A stretch of DNA of 64,000 nucleotides from a virus. Its lineage: Duplodnaviria; Caudoviricetes. How positions within the stretch are numbered: position 1 is the stretch's first letter; the number at the start of each line of letters is the position of its first letter. Location: positions 1 to 64,000 of IMG/VR virus record IMGVR_UViG_3300021426_000004; one strand, written 5' to 3'. Made by a program: the position numbers and the translations under genes. The notes under the pieces are model-generated. The model was not told the DNA's origin, searched no databases, and saw only the letters and a program-made list of their open reading frames with translations. Positions 1 to 9,273 of this stretch are shown here, piece by piece.

Positions 1-3
1 GGA

Positions 4-240
4 TTGTATCACTATGAATATAATCCAAAGCTGCTCCTTAAAGGACATGGAGCTAAGTCGGTTATGATTCTTTCACAGTTTATTAATCTTACAGAAGAAG
101 AATTGCTGTGTATAAGATATCACATGGGTCCATACGAAACAGAAGAATGGAACGAGTTTGACAGCGCAATAAGAAAATTTCCAAATGTTTTCTATACTCA
201 TGCGGCTGATATGATAGCTTCCAAAATAGATAAAATTTGA
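4..240 (+). CDS. HD-domain hydrolase, C-terminal part (5' truncated)
   Basis: GHGAKS...IRYHMG...HAADM motifs typical of phage HD proteins. Confidence 0.7.
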   Translation: MYHYEYNPKLLLKGHGAKSVMILSQFINLTEEELLCIRYHMGPYETEEWNEFDSAIRKFPNVFYTHAADMIASKIDKI

Positions 241-241
241 G

Positions 242-550
242 GTGATTTATATGCCGCCACTAGACTTTCATGATCTTGATACATTAACAGGTTTAGATAC
301 AAATTTTCGGCCATATACGATACATACAGATCTTGAACCGTATACGACGTATACGACTACTGCGCCATATACAACTGATACAACAACAACGTTTGACTAT
401 TCTCCGCGAAATTATCCATCATTTATAACTGAAGACAAACTTGAATCAATAATAAGAAAAATCTGCAAAACAGTTTGTGAGCATGTTCAGTTAGATATTA
501 CAGCTGACGAACTTATAGATATTGTAATGAGAGGTACAGATGATGAGTAA
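242..550 (+). CDS. hypothetical protein
   Basis: ORF in tightly packed operon. Confidence 0.6.
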   Translation: MIYMPPLDFHDLDTLTGLDTNFRPYTIHTDLEPYTTYTTTAPYTTDTTTTFDYSPRNYPSFITEDKLESIIRKICKTVCEHVQLDITADELIDIVMRGTDDE

Positions 551-749
551 AGTATGGAAATACGTACCACTTATTGCAGCGTTCGCATGGCTTGGTTGTT
601 TGATTTTCTTCTGTATAAGAACAGATCTGACTTATCAGCTTGAGTTTATTATCATGGCTGGAGTTCTTGTAATTATGAACTTTTATTATTATTGGGCAGG
701 AGTGCGAAAAGATGATCGGACGTTTAAGAGATTTGACGATGAACCGTAA
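540..749 (+). CDS. small membrane protein
   Basis: two hydrophobic segments; overlaps neighbouring ORFs. Confidence 0.6.
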   Translation: MMSKVWKYVPLIAAFAWLGCLIFFCIRTDLTYQLEFIIMAGVLVIMNFYYYWAGVRKDDRTFKRFDDEP

Positions 750-1260
750 TGACAGTCAGAACATTACAGTTACCGTTGAAACTGACTTCAGGGAAATGTA
801 TGAAAAATTAAAAGACTGCGATGTTGTTGTTGAAATAAAGAAAGCTTCTCCTAAACGTTCTCAGAATGCGAATCAGTATTTATGGTATCTATGCAGTGAA
901 ATTGCTAAAGCATCGTCCAGATTTTCAACTGATGGCAAGAATGACGTTTACAGAGAAGCTATAAAAGCTAAAGGAGAATTTGAACCTTTACTGGTAAGAG
1001 ATGACGCCGTTGAGAAATTCCTGTCAAGATGGAGCGAACATGGAATAGGATGGTTTGCAGAAATTGTCGACAGTTATAAAGAACACTATAAAATTGTTCA
1101 TGCATTCTATGGAAGTTCTACCTATGATTCAGCGTCGATGAGCCGTGTCATAGATTATCTTGTGTTGATTGCTAACGATCTTGGTGTTCCTACAATTACT
1201 GAGACTGCAATGACAAAAATGCTCGAAGCTTGGGCCCGTTTAAAAGACGAAGGTGAGTAA
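712..1260 (+). CDS. NinB/YbcN-like recombination-associated protein
   Basis: KRSQNANQYLW and GSSTYDSASMSRVID motifs. Confidence 0.65.
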   Translation: MIGRLRDLTMNRNDSQNITVTVETDFREMYEKLKDCDVVVEIKKASPKRSQNANQYLWYLCSEIAKASSRFSTDGKNDVYREAIKAKGEFEPLLVRDDAVEKFLSRWSEHGIGWFAEIVDSYKEHYKIVHAFYGSSTYDSASMSRVIDYLVLIANDLGVPTITETAMTKMLEAWARLKDEGE

Positions 1261-1536
1261 ATGAGCAAATCAATTCTGCAGCCAAATGAAAAAAAATGTT
1301 TTATTACTGGCAGCCGAAACAATCTCGACCGCCATCATATTTATCATGGCATGGCTAATAGAAGAATATCAGAAAAAGAAGGATGTTGGGTATGGCTAAG
1401 ACATGATATTCATATGAAACTTCACGACCAAGACAAAGAGCTTGATAGATATTTACAACAGGAATGCCAAAAAGCTTTCGAAGAAACCCGTACAAGGGAT
1501 GAATTCAGAAAACTTTTTGGCAAATCTTATTTATAA
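1261..1536 (+). CDS. HNH/Ref-like zinc nuclease-fold protein
   Basis: CFITG..LDRHHIYHG...WLRHDIH...FGKSYL. Confidence 0.6.
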   Translation: MSKSILQPNEKKCFITGSRNNLDRHHIYHGMANRRISEKEGCWVWLRHDIHMKLHDQDKELDRYLQQECQKAFEETRTRDEFRKLFGKSYL

Positions 1537-1548
1537 GGAGATTGAATT

Positions 1549-1755
1549 ATGACACAGTGCGAAAGAGTTCTTGATTACATGAAGGAGTTCGGTTCTATTT
1601 CAGCGTTGGAAGCTTATAAAGATCTTGGAATTATGAGGCTGGCAGCCCGTATTTCAGATCTGGAACACAGAGGTGTTTCTATTGAAAGGCTCCAAGAACA
1701 TGCAATGAATCGATATAACGAGAAGACTACATATACAAGGTATAAGCTGGCATGA
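1549..1755 (+). CDS. winged helix-turn-helix protein
   Basis: TQCERVLDYM..GSISALEA...RLAARISDL. Confidence 0.75.
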   Translation: MTQCERVLDYMKEFGSISALEAYKDLGIMRLAARISDLEHRGVSIERLQEHAMNRYNEKTTYTRYKLA

Positions 1756-1970
1756 GTGAAGAAAACAAATTTACAACCAGCGGACAGCTTTGCTGGGATT
1801 GTAGAAACTCAACAGGCGGATGTCCATGGTCAGCAGAATTAAAACCTGTTAAAGGATGGGTCGCTGAACCTTCATTGAAACAAACAATTGAAACTTATTT
1901 TATCAAGGAGTGTCCTTTGTTCATTAGAGATTCATACAACTGTGGTCTCGAAAGGATGAAAAAGAAATGA
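1752..1970 (+). CDS. Cys-rich hypothetical protein
   Basis: LCWDC..GGCPWS...PVKGW...CP. Confidence 0.65.
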   Translation: MSEENKFTTSGQLCWDCRNSTGGCPWSAELKPVKGWVAEPSLKQTIETYFIKECPLFIRDSYNCGLERMKKK

Positions 1971-2491
1971 AAAGATTTATTTCTTTATTGTTTGTTCTTG
2001 TTTGTATATGTTCGTTTTCGCTGGCAGATAATGAATATATAGAATGCTGGGTGCTTTGTCAGCCTGATTCAACTGTAAATATCAGAGAATATCCAAGAAA
2101 GAGCAGTTTTGCGTTTGGTGAACTTGAGTGTTGTGACAGCGTTTACACAGATGGAAAAACTGTAAATGGATATCTTCACTTAATTGATCTTGCGGCTGAA
2201 TCCACAGAAGGATGGGTTTCAAACAATTATATTGTTTATGATAAACCATATAAACCAATGTTCACTAAAAGAATGATCATTACAGAAACGCGTGTTGCAG
2301 CCAGAAAGACAATGAATGGCAAAATTAAAAGCTGGCTTTATGGCGGAGACACATTAAACGTATATGTCATTTCTGATGAGTGGTGCGTAACAAGCAGAGG
2401 ATACATCAAAACAGATTTTATTGACACAGGAAGTTATGTAAAGGAAGAAGCTCATGCTGAATATTCTGAAATGACATACGAAGATGACTAA
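1967..2491 (+). CDS. secreted SH3b-domain protein
   Basis: N-terminal signal peptide; VNIREYP...EGWVS and second SH3-like repeat (EWC...GYI). Confidence 0.7.
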   Translation: MKRFISLLFVLVCICSFSLADNEYIECWVLCQPDSTVNIREYPRKSSFAFGELECCDSVYTDGKTVNGYLHLIDLAAESTEGWVSNNYIVYDKPYKPMFTKRMIITETRVAARKTMNGKIKSWLYGGDTLNVYVISDEWCVTSRGYIKTDFIDTGSYVKEEAHAEYSEMTYEDD

Positions 2492-2508
2492 GGGGATGAT
2501 TAAGATCA

Positions 2509-3033
2509 ATGGCGAAAAGAGATCCTCGATTAACGCCAAAGCAGATCGAACGTTTGCTGTCCAACAATCCGAATAAAATAACAATTGAGTCAAAAGCACA
2601 GGAGCCAATTCAGGCTGGAATTTCTTTTCATGGCACAGACAAAGATTATGACACTTTAAATTCAGAAGAACAAATGAAAGAATTCTGCAATTTCATCAGA
2701 AGTGTAATTTCCAGATATGAAGATAATATCAGGTGCCAGGAAGAAGCCGAAACAATGGAGATGGATTTAAAACATTGCATGGAGTTGGCACAGAAGCTCA
2801 CTGAAAAGGAAAAGAAGAGCTTGTATAACAAATTAACAGAAGTATTGCAAAGAAGAAGGGCGTGTAAAAGTGAAAATGAAATACTTCAACCGTTATATAG
2901 TTTCTTCAGTGACAAAGTCCTGTACAACAAAATGACACAATTGCAAGGATTAATAACACAGACAAAAGATATTATTACAAACAGAACATATTCTTGCAGA
3001 ACAGGAATATTGGATGATTTCAGATCAGAATAA
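2509..3033 (+). CDS. coiled-coil hypothetical protein
   Basis: 174-aa ORF, helical charged composition. Confidence 0.65.
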   Translation: MAKRDPRLTPKQIERLLSNNPNKITIESKAQEPIQAGISFHGTDKDYDTLNSEEQMKEFCNFIRSVISRYEDNIRCQEEAETMEMDLKHCMELAQKLTEKEKKSLYNKLTEVLQRRRACKSENEILQPLYSFFSDKVLYNKMTQLQGLITQTKDIITNRTYSCRTGILDDFRSE

Positions 3034-3038
3034 ATAAA

Positions 3039-3067
3039 GGGGCGGGCCTCAAAAGCCCGCCCCGTTT
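3039..3067. terminator. GC-rich hairpin upstream of integrase
   Basis: GGGGCGGGC/GCCCGCCCC 9-bp stem; A-rich 5' flank, short T run on 3' side. Confidence 0.6.
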
Positions 3068-3078
3068 AGGAGATACGT

Positions 3079-4233
3079 ATGTTTGACAACGATAATAATC
3101 TTTCTTATACTCAAGCAGATGAGATCGCTCGATATGTTTTCGATCAGCTCTCGTCAATGAACCTTGAAAACTCTATAGAGTCAGTGCCGACAACAGAAAG
3201 GAACACAGAAATGGGACGGCGAAAGGTTCACATCACCTTACCGGATGGTACTACAACATGGATTACTGGTAATACGTTTACTGATTTGATCATGTCGGCA
3301 ATAAATAAATACACAGTACCGCAGCCAACAGACAGCGAGACATTCAAAGATTATACGGATAAAATCTTTGATATTTTTCTTTTACCAAGATGGAAGCCTT
3401 CCACTGCTGATACCAATAGGTTTCTACTGGATAGACATCTTCATCCATACTTTGATGACATGACTTTGTCTCAAATCAGCACGGCTGAAATTCAAAAGTT
3501 CTTTCAAACAAAAAAGCATTTATCTAAATCATATACAAAACAAATGCTGATCATGCTTCATGAAATATTCCAGAACGCTGTAGAAGACGGAAAAGTAAAA
3601 ACAGATCCAACATTATCAAAAAGAATTACACTGCCTGATCGTGCCACGAAAAGAGAAGCATTAAACATTGAAGAGTTCTATGACATCACCACTAATATCA
3701 AGGCTCTCGATGAATCGGATGCCAAGATTTTAGCACTCTTCTGCTATACAGGTATGCGAAGAGGTGAAGTCCTAGGTCTGACGTGGGACCATGTCTTGGA
3801 AGACAAGATATTAGTATGTTCCGAAGTAACATTTAAAGGAAATACTTCAGTTGTTCAGAACTATACAAAGAGTAAATCTGGAATAAGAAGCATACCAATA
3901 CAAAAGGAATTAAAAGAATACCTACAAAACAGAGGAAAAGGTTTTGTAGTCAGCGGCGATAAGCCTATGACACAGTCAAAGTTTGTAAGAACATGGGAAA
4001 GAATAGGGAAGAAGATCAATCTTCACAATGCGACGCCGCACATATTCAGACACACTTACTTAACACTGCTTGCAGCAAGCAATGTCGATCCTAAGACGAT
4101 TCAGACAATTGCTGGCCATTCTGACTTCAGCTTTACGTTTAATAAATATATCGACAAAAGCAAAAATAATATTCAGAATGCAAGTAATATGCTGAGTGAT
4201 ACACTGGACAAGATGACAAAAAAGTTGACGTAA
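3079..4233 (+). CDS. int: tyrosine recombinase / phage integrase
   Basis: TGMRRGE (R), KSKSG (K), HIFRH (HxxR), AGH, terminal Y; N-terminal SAM-like domain. Confidence 0.95.
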   Translation: MFDNDNNLSYTQADEIARYVFDQLSSMNLENSIESVPTTERNTEMGRRKVHITLPDGTTTWITGNTFTDLIMSAINKYTVPQPTDSETFKDYTDKIFDIFLLPRWKPSTADTNRFLLDRHLHPYFDDMTLSQISTAEIQKFFQTKKHLSKSYTKQMLIMLHEIFQNAVEDGKVKTDPTLSKRITLPDRATKREALNIEEFYDITTNIKALDESDAKILALFCYTGMRRGEVLGLTWDHVLEDKILVCSEVTFKGNTSVVQNYTKSKSGIRSIPIQKELKEYLQNRGKGFVVSGDKPMTQSKFVRTWERIGKKINLHNATPHIFRHTYLTLLAASNVDPKTIQTIAGHSDFSFTFNKYIDKSKNNIQNASNMLSDTLDKMTKKLT

Positions 4234-4345
4234 TCATGTGACCTGGAACACAATAGAATCAATACTTAGAGGCCATTTAGAGCAAATAACAAATAACAAT
4301 AAAATGGACAAAACACCAATTCCGAGAAAAACACTCTGAAAAAGT

Positions 4346-4374
4346 TTGACATTCAACGTCTGGAATGCTAATAT
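4346..4374 (+). promoter_or_regulatory. sigma-A promoter with extended -10
   Basis: TTGACA (4346) - 17 bp - TAATAT (4369), preceded by TGn; 12 bp before the tRNA fragment. Confidence 0.8.
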
Positions 4375-4386
4375 ATTCAGCGTTGA

Positions 4387-4428
4387 GTGCCCGTAGCTCA
4401 GCTGGATAGAGTGTCAGACTCCGACTCT
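4387..4428 (+). tRNA. 5' half of tRNA-Arg(CCG), truncated after the anticodon loop; candidate attP core
   Basis: GTGCCCG TA GCTC AGCTGGATA GAGT G TCAGA CTCCGAC TCT, then no T arm or 3' acceptor strand; adjacent to integrase. Confidence 0.8.
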
Positions 4429-4463
4429 TATAACTGCACTGACATAGAGTTTTCATAATTCAG

Positions 4464-4490
4464 AAGACGACTCGAAAGAGCCGTCTTTTG
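4464..4490 (+). terminator. rho-independent terminator after the tRNA fragment
   Basis: AAGACGACTC-GAAA-GAGCCGTCTT followed by TTG. Confidence 0.7.
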
Positions 4491-4526
4491 TGTGTTGAAA
4501 ACTTTAATCTTACGGAGGTTTTGAAT

Positions 4527-4793
4527 ATGAGACAACTAGGCAAATTAGATAAAACAATAAACACATTCGAAGAATTATTAAAAGATAAAAATAAACTTAT
4601 GTTTTATATTCACGCCGGTACTGCAATGAACGCACTCGAACACTTGAAGACCTTAAAACATTTAAATGAACACACATTCGCGCAAGGAATTATAGACATA
4701 GACGGTGTTCCACATTGCGGTTCATGCGGATGGATTCAAAGCTGGGGTTGCAATTATTGTGATAACTGCGGTAAGCCTCTAAAGTGGGAATAA
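4527..4793 (+). CDS. zinc-ribbon protein (array family)
   Basis: HCGSCG...YCDNCGKPLKWE; RBS GGAGG before ATG 4527. Confidence 0.75.
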   Translation: MRQLGKLDKTINTFEELLKDKNKLMFYIHAGTAMNALEHLKTLKHLNEHTFAQGIIDIDGVPHCGSCGWIQSWGCNYCDNCGKPLKWE

Positions 4794-4865
4794 CATTGTT
4801 ACACTCACAGTATATCTGTGTTTGTATATATTATCCAGCCAAATAATAAGAAGGAGATTAATAAA

Positions 4866-5141
4866 ATGAATAAGCAAGAATTAGTAACCATGCTGTCTGA
4901 CAAGACCAATGTAACCAAGGCTGCGGCCGAAAGATTTCTTAATTCGTTTATTGAGACTGTTTCTGATGCGCTTGTTGAAGGGGATAAGGTTCAGATAATT
5001 GGATTTGGTACCTTTGAAACTCGTGAGCGTGCTGCACGTACTGCTCGTAATCCTCAGACTGGCGAAGCTATGAAGGTTGCCGCAAAGCGTGCTCCTGCTT
5101 TCAAAGCTGGTAAGGCTTTCAAAGACGCTGTTAACAAGTAA
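4866..5141 (+). CDS. hup: HU family DNA-binding protein
   Basis: MNKQEL...GFGTFETRERAARTARNPQTGE...PAFKAGK. Confidence 0.95.
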   Translation: MNKQELVTMLSDKTNVTKAAAERFLNSFIETVSDALVEGDKVQIIGFGTFETRERAARTARNPQTGEAMKVAAKRAPAFKAGKAFKDAVNK

Positions 5142-5166
5142 GATTAATTAGGTTATGGCTGGATAA

Positions 5167-5197
5167 AGGCCCCGTCGTTATGGCGGGGCCTACTTAT
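5167..5197 (+). terminator. terminator after hup
   Basis: AGGCCCCGTC/GGCGGGGCCT stem followed by AT-rich tail. Confidence 0.65.
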
Positions 5198-5244
5198 ATT
5201 TGATAAAATATAATTTACATAAATAAAAATATGGAGGTGCAATT

Positions 5245-5544
5245 TTGAATAATTATTTGAGCTTTAAAGGACTTAGAAAAACAAAATACGCATATATCGA
5301 TACAAGCGAATATCTCGCCGATTCATTGTTTTATAAACGTAAAATTCCCGTCAAATTCATACAGGAACTTGTTAAAGAGGGAGAGGAATACAGAATTATT
5401 ATCTGTGAGATTAAGAACAAAGATACACAGAAATTCGAAGAAGCGCTGGAAGAACTTAAGAATAAGATGCTTCTTTATAGACATAATAGCTATGAAGAAT
5501 ACTGTGAAAGCTTAATTAATCTTTTAACATCTGATAACGACTGA
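5245..5544 (+). CDS. hypothetical protein
   Basis: GGAGG RBS, TTG start. Confidence 0.65.
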   Translation: MNNYLSFKGLRKTKYAYIDTSEYLADSLFYKRKIPVKFIQELVKEGEEYRIIICEIKNKDTQKFEEALEELKNKMLLYRHNSYEEYCESLINLLTSDND

Positions 5545-5616
5545 AGTGGAAATACAATCTAATGAAGTTATTCAGGGAAGGGTTCAAAAGTTTTAAATAA
5601 AGAAGGAGCTGTTATT

Positions 5617-6078
5617 ATGGGTATTATTTCCATTTTTAAAAGGTTTGCAGAATGGATAAAAAAACTGTTTAGCAACAAAGGCTTGGAATCAACAGAACAA
5701 ACATATTGGGTTAATCATATTTGTGATGAATATGTTAACGCATCACAGAAATCTGTTGGAATGTACGCTAACGTTCACGGATTCGAGGGGCTGAACGATG
5801 ATGGCAGCTGGACATATTGGGTTGGTATCGATATCCGGTTTATTGGCATACGTGTTGCGGACATTGTAATTCGCTGCAAGAACAAAAGCACGTATGATCA
5901 CTGGATTTACCAGGCAACGCACGACCTGAACTCTATGCCGCAAGCTGTTCGTGATGATCCGAACTTATGGTGTCGTGATGGAGATAGCGTTGAGATTGAC
6001 TTTATGTTCCGCTGGGGTAATAAAGACAAACATTTTAATGTGCGCTTCGCAACAGATCGATATGCAGAAGAGAAATAA
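5617..6078 (+). CDS. hypothetical protein
   Basis: AAGGAG RBS, 153 aa. Confidence 0.7.
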   Translation: MGIISIFKRFAEWIKKLFSNKGLESTEQTYWVNHICDEYVNASQKSVGMYANVHGFEGLNDDGSWTYWVGIDIRFIGIRVADIVIRCKNKSTYDHWIYQATHDLNSMPQAVRDDPNLWCRDGDSVEIDFMFRWGNKDKHFNVRFATDRYAEEK

Positions 6079-6288
6079 AAACATTAAGGAAATAGTATCC
6101 GAGAATTTCTTGAAAGAGAAGGTTCAAAAGAATGACAATTAGATTTGATGAACACGGAAATATTCAGTGGAGCATCTATCGAAAAGCATATAAAAAATCA
6201 AGATGGAGAAGATGCGGCCAAAGATTACTGGAACATTGTATGAAGCAAGGATACAAAAGCGGTTTAATAATCGTGATTTAATAATTGG

Positions 6289-6633
6289 ATGTGTAATAGT
6301 ATGAAAGTAGATAAAGAAATTATGTTAACACAAAATGCAATATGCAATGGATTACATTTATTAAAGGAACAATACGAAGATACAGATTTTGATATTGTTT
6401 TCAAAGAAGGTGTATATGGCGAAGGACAAGTTTCTTTACGAGTAAAAGTATCTGACGTATTACGTGATGCTATTTCATTAATAAAAGAACGACCTGAAAT
6501 AGTTCGATGCAAAGACTGCATGTTCTGGAAAGATCAGGGTCAGACATCACGATGGATTCCATGCGTCAGTGCAAAAACAGATAAAGATTGGTTTTGCGCC
6601 TCTGGAAAAAGGAAGGACGAAAATGAACGATAA
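6289..6633 (+). CDS. array-family protein with VRCKDC...DWFC zinc module
   Basis: LLKEQ; EIVRCKDC...WFCASGKRK. Confidence 0.7.
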   Translation: MCNSMKVDKEIMLTQNAICNGLHLLKEQYEDTDFDIVFKEGVYGEGQVSLRVKVSDVLRDAISLIKERPEIVRCKDCMFWKDQGQTSRWIPCVSAKTDKDWFCASGKRKDENER

Positions 6634-6934
6634 AGAGAAGATTATTCAAGGACTGGAAATTCAACTTGATGATTTGCAGAAATACGCTGATGCTGACGAA
6701 ACACTTTCGCTGACACAGGAACAAGCAAAAAAGATTATTTCCGTGCTGAAAGAGCAGGAAATTGGGCATTGGATTGTACTTAAAAACTGTTCTAATGCTG
6801 GCGTTTATTGTTCAGAGTGTCATACAAAAGTGTTTGATAACTATCCGTTTAAAAAGAAGTTTTCATATTTCTGCCCACACTGTGGAACGAGGATGGAAAG
6901 GCATAATATACAGGGAGATGGTGAAGTGAAATGA
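6623..6934 (+). CDS. array-family protein (DKEKII..LKEQE + GHWI..CSEC..CPHCG)
   Basis: shared N module plus zinc ribbon. Confidence 0.75.
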   Translation: MNDKEKIIQGLEIQLDDLQKYADADETLSLTQEQAKKIISVLKEQEIGHWIVLKNCSNAGVYCSECHTKVFDNYPFKKKFSYFCPHCGTRMERHNIQGDGEVK

Positions 6935-7104
6935 TAGCAGTAGTCATTTTGATTGTATTGGTCACAGTTATGTCTACGTATGCTGCGCTTGGAACATATC
7001 ATAACCAACAAGATATTAAAGCTTTAACAGAGATAACAAAAGGAATAGGATATAACGCAAAACACATTTACCAAATATATGAAATGTTAAAAGAAAAGGA
7101 ATGA
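6931..7104 (+). CDS. small membrane protein (57 aa, not in ORF track)
   Basis: MIAVVILIVLVTV...LKEKE*; ATG follows GGTGAAGTG. Confidence 0.6.
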   Translation: MIAVVILIVLVTVMSTYAALGTYHNQQDIKALTEITKGIGYNAKHIYQIYEMLKEKE

Positions 7105-7487
7105 AACAAATGGAAAATTATGTAATTAATCCACAGGTGTTTTACTGGATTAATGTCCTTGGTATTCTACAAACCGTAATTGCTATAATCGGAGGAGTGC
7201 TCGTAACAGCGTTTATATGTCTGGTTGTTGGATGGATATACAACGCAAGTGAAGTGAAAAATGGTTTCGAAGATAACGAAGTTTATATGAAAGTGTGTAG
7301 AACCTGGGCCATCGTAACTGGGATTATTGGTTTTGTTCTGATTGTGGCATCAATTTTTATTCCAGGAAGGACGACCAGTATAGAAATGCTAATCGCGAAA
7401 ACCGCTACTTTTGATAACGTTCATTGGACCGTTCAGCAAGTGAAAGACGTGGTTGATTATATCGTTCACGCCATTAACGGCATCTAA
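7101..7487 (+). CDS. membrane protein
   Basis: two TM helices; YVINPQVFYW, IFIPGRTT. Confidence 0.7.
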   Translation: MKQMENYVINPQVFYWINVLGILQTVIAIIGGVLVTAFICLVVGWIYNASEVKNGFEDNEVYMKVCRTWAIVTGIIGFVLIVASIFIPGRTTSIEMLIAKTATFDNVHWTVQQVKDVVDYIVHAINGI

Positions 7488-7526
7488 TGAAAGTCTGCAG
7501 AATGCGCTGAAAGAAGGTGAAATTGG

Positions 7527-7997
7527 ATGGGTTTGACTGAAAGACATTTATTTGAAAATGAAGATGTGCCAGAAAATTATGAATGGGATTTAGAAGACAC
7601 TGTGCATAACTCACGTACAAACAAAAAGACTGAAGATTCTATAGAACCAAAGTATACGTGTGAACCATATATGATTTATGGTTGCGGACTTGACTTTAAC
7701 CGGCCGAAATACAAAGAAGATTGTTATTTTTATGAAGAAACAAAAGACATGGGCGCAACCATAAGATATTGTACACAATCAAAAATTAAGTGGGGTTATT
7801 GTCCATGCGAAGGATGCGACAAGTATATTAGCAACGCAGAAGCAAGCAAAATTATAAGAAATTGTGTAGAAAAAAGAACAGAGGAAAAGAAAAACGCCAA
7901 ACAGTCTGCAAAAACTAATACAAAGAAAAGCGTTTGCTATGGATTAGGAAGCGATTATTGTATGTCAGAATGCGAAAATGTATGTCCTTATAGATAA
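7527..7997 (+). CDS. Cys-rich hypothetical protein
   Basis: multiple Cys clusters. Confidence 0.65.
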   Translation: MGLTERHLFENEDVPENYEWDLEDTVHNSRTNKKTEDSIEPKYTCEPYMIYGCGLDFNRPKYKEDCYFYEETKDMGATIRYCTQSKIKWGYCPCEGCDKYISNAEASKIIRNCVEKRTEEKKNAKQSAKTNTKKSVCYGLGSDYCMSECENVCPYR

Positions 7998-8025
7998 TGC
8001 ATATAGAAAAAAGGATGGAAGCAGA

Positions 8026-8415
8026 ATGATATTAAAGAAGATAGCGAGTAAAATTTTAAAAAACGAGATCGATGGGTTGAAACAAAAGCTTAAAAAACGA
8101 GAGAATGAATATTATGAATCGCTAAAAGAACGAGCTGATGACCAGGCAAAGACGGCAAAAGATCTTGCGGATTTGAAGTCGTGCCATGAAACCATTAAAC
8201 AACTCACAGATGAGAATGAAATATTAAGGAAATACTATCGTTTGGATTCAGAGCCTACAGACGAAGAAAAGATAAAAATAAGAATTGATCTGAAAATTCA
8301 TGATCTTGAGATGCAGCTCATTCAAGAACGGTTAATGGCGATAGAGATTAATCAGCAATCTGCAAGACAGTTCTATTATTCCAACATGTATGGGACATTT
8401 CCAATAAGGCAATAA
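8026..8415 (+). CDS. coiled-coil hypothetical protein
   Basis: ORF; start inferred from RBS. Confidence 0.6.
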   Translation: MILKKIASKILKNEIDGLKQKLKKRENEYYESLKERADDQAKTAKDLADLKSCHETIKQLTDENEILRKYYRLDSEPTDEEKIKIRIDLKIHDLEMQLIQERLMAIEINQQSARQFYYSNMYGTFPIRQ

Positions 8416-8430
8416 AATGAGGTGAAATAA

Positions 8431-8655
8431 ATGAAAAACTGTAAAATCTGTGCTCATCACCATGAAGTCGAAAAAGTTAAGCTCTTCCCTGGCGGAGCTG
8501 AATGCACCTTCCTTGATGGATACGTCTGCACTGCGAGAATCGACGTTGATGATAAAGTTGAATGGCATGAGAACACTAATGACAGCGAATACTGCTGCGA
8601 CAATTATATTCCTAAGAAAAAGAAGGAAAGAACTGGCCCTATTATTGGAGGGTAA
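8431..8655 (+). CDS. Cys-rich small protein
   Basis: GAGGTGA RBS; CKIC...CC. Confidence 0.65.
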   Translation: MKNCKICAHHHEVEKVKLFPGGAECTFLDGYVCTARIDVDDKVEWHENTNDSEYCCDNYIPKKKKERTGPIIGG

Positions 8656-8660
8656 CCATA

Positions 8661-9086
8661 ATGGATGCTAATAAAACTGGTCAATCTTATATTCCTGCCG
8701 AAATAATATTTAAACCAACATGCAGTTCCTGTGAAAAACAACTTAATCTCGTGATTAATTATGAGGAAGAAATCGAAGAATTTACAGAATCTAAACCAAA
8801 TTTGTCGCATAGAAATTACACAATCACACCATCACATTGCCCGTTTTGCGGAAAACGTTTTGAAAATATTATAATTCCGACCTCATTACCTTATGACAAT
8901 CGAATAGTAAAAACATACAATAATAAGCCATATTACAAACCGCAATGCAATCATTGCAAGTATTATAAAGGTAAGTTTGATGCCAAAGGTTATGCTGGAT
9001 GTTCAGCGCGTAAAACCATCGCTGTTGTTTGGGATGACTGGTGCCCAGAATACGAAATGCAGAATGTTCTTGCTACGGAGGATTAA
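8661..9086 (+). CDS. double zinc-binding protein
   Basis: CSSC...CPFCG; CNHC...C...C. Confidence 0.7.
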   Translation: MDANKTGQSYIPAEIIFKPTCSSCEKQLNLVINYEEEIEEFTESKPNLSHRNYTITPSHCPFCGKRFENIIIPTSLPYDNRIVKTYNNKPYYKPQCNHCKYYKGKFDAKGYAGCSARKTIAVVWDDWCPEYEMQNVLATED

Positions 9087-9093
9087 AATACCG

Positions 9094-9273
9094 ATGAAAA
9101 CGGAAAATATCAATCGAGCCATATACATTAACAGAAGAACATCGACAAAAGATTATGTTCCGATCTGTGCATATTGTAAAAAATCAGACTCTTGCGATGA
9201 ACCCGATAAAAAATGGCGTATTACTTGTCCGAATAACGTATATTTACGATCAGAAAAAGAAAGGATTTGTTGA
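9094..9273 (+). CDS. small Cys-rich protein
   Basis: GGAGG RBS; CAYC..C..C. Confidence 0.55.
   Translation: MKTENINRAIYINRRTSTKDYVPICAYCKKSDSCDEPDKKWRITCPNNVYLRSEKERIC

Noticed and set aside
4284-4303. AAATAAC tandem repeat and TGAC repeats near the end of int as integrase arm sites
   Set aside because: Plausible, but too short and AT-rich to support without comparative data.
4387-4428. Complete tRNA-Arg gene
   Set aside because: Homology stops 3 nt after the anticodon loop; no T arm or 3' acceptor strand was found in the window.
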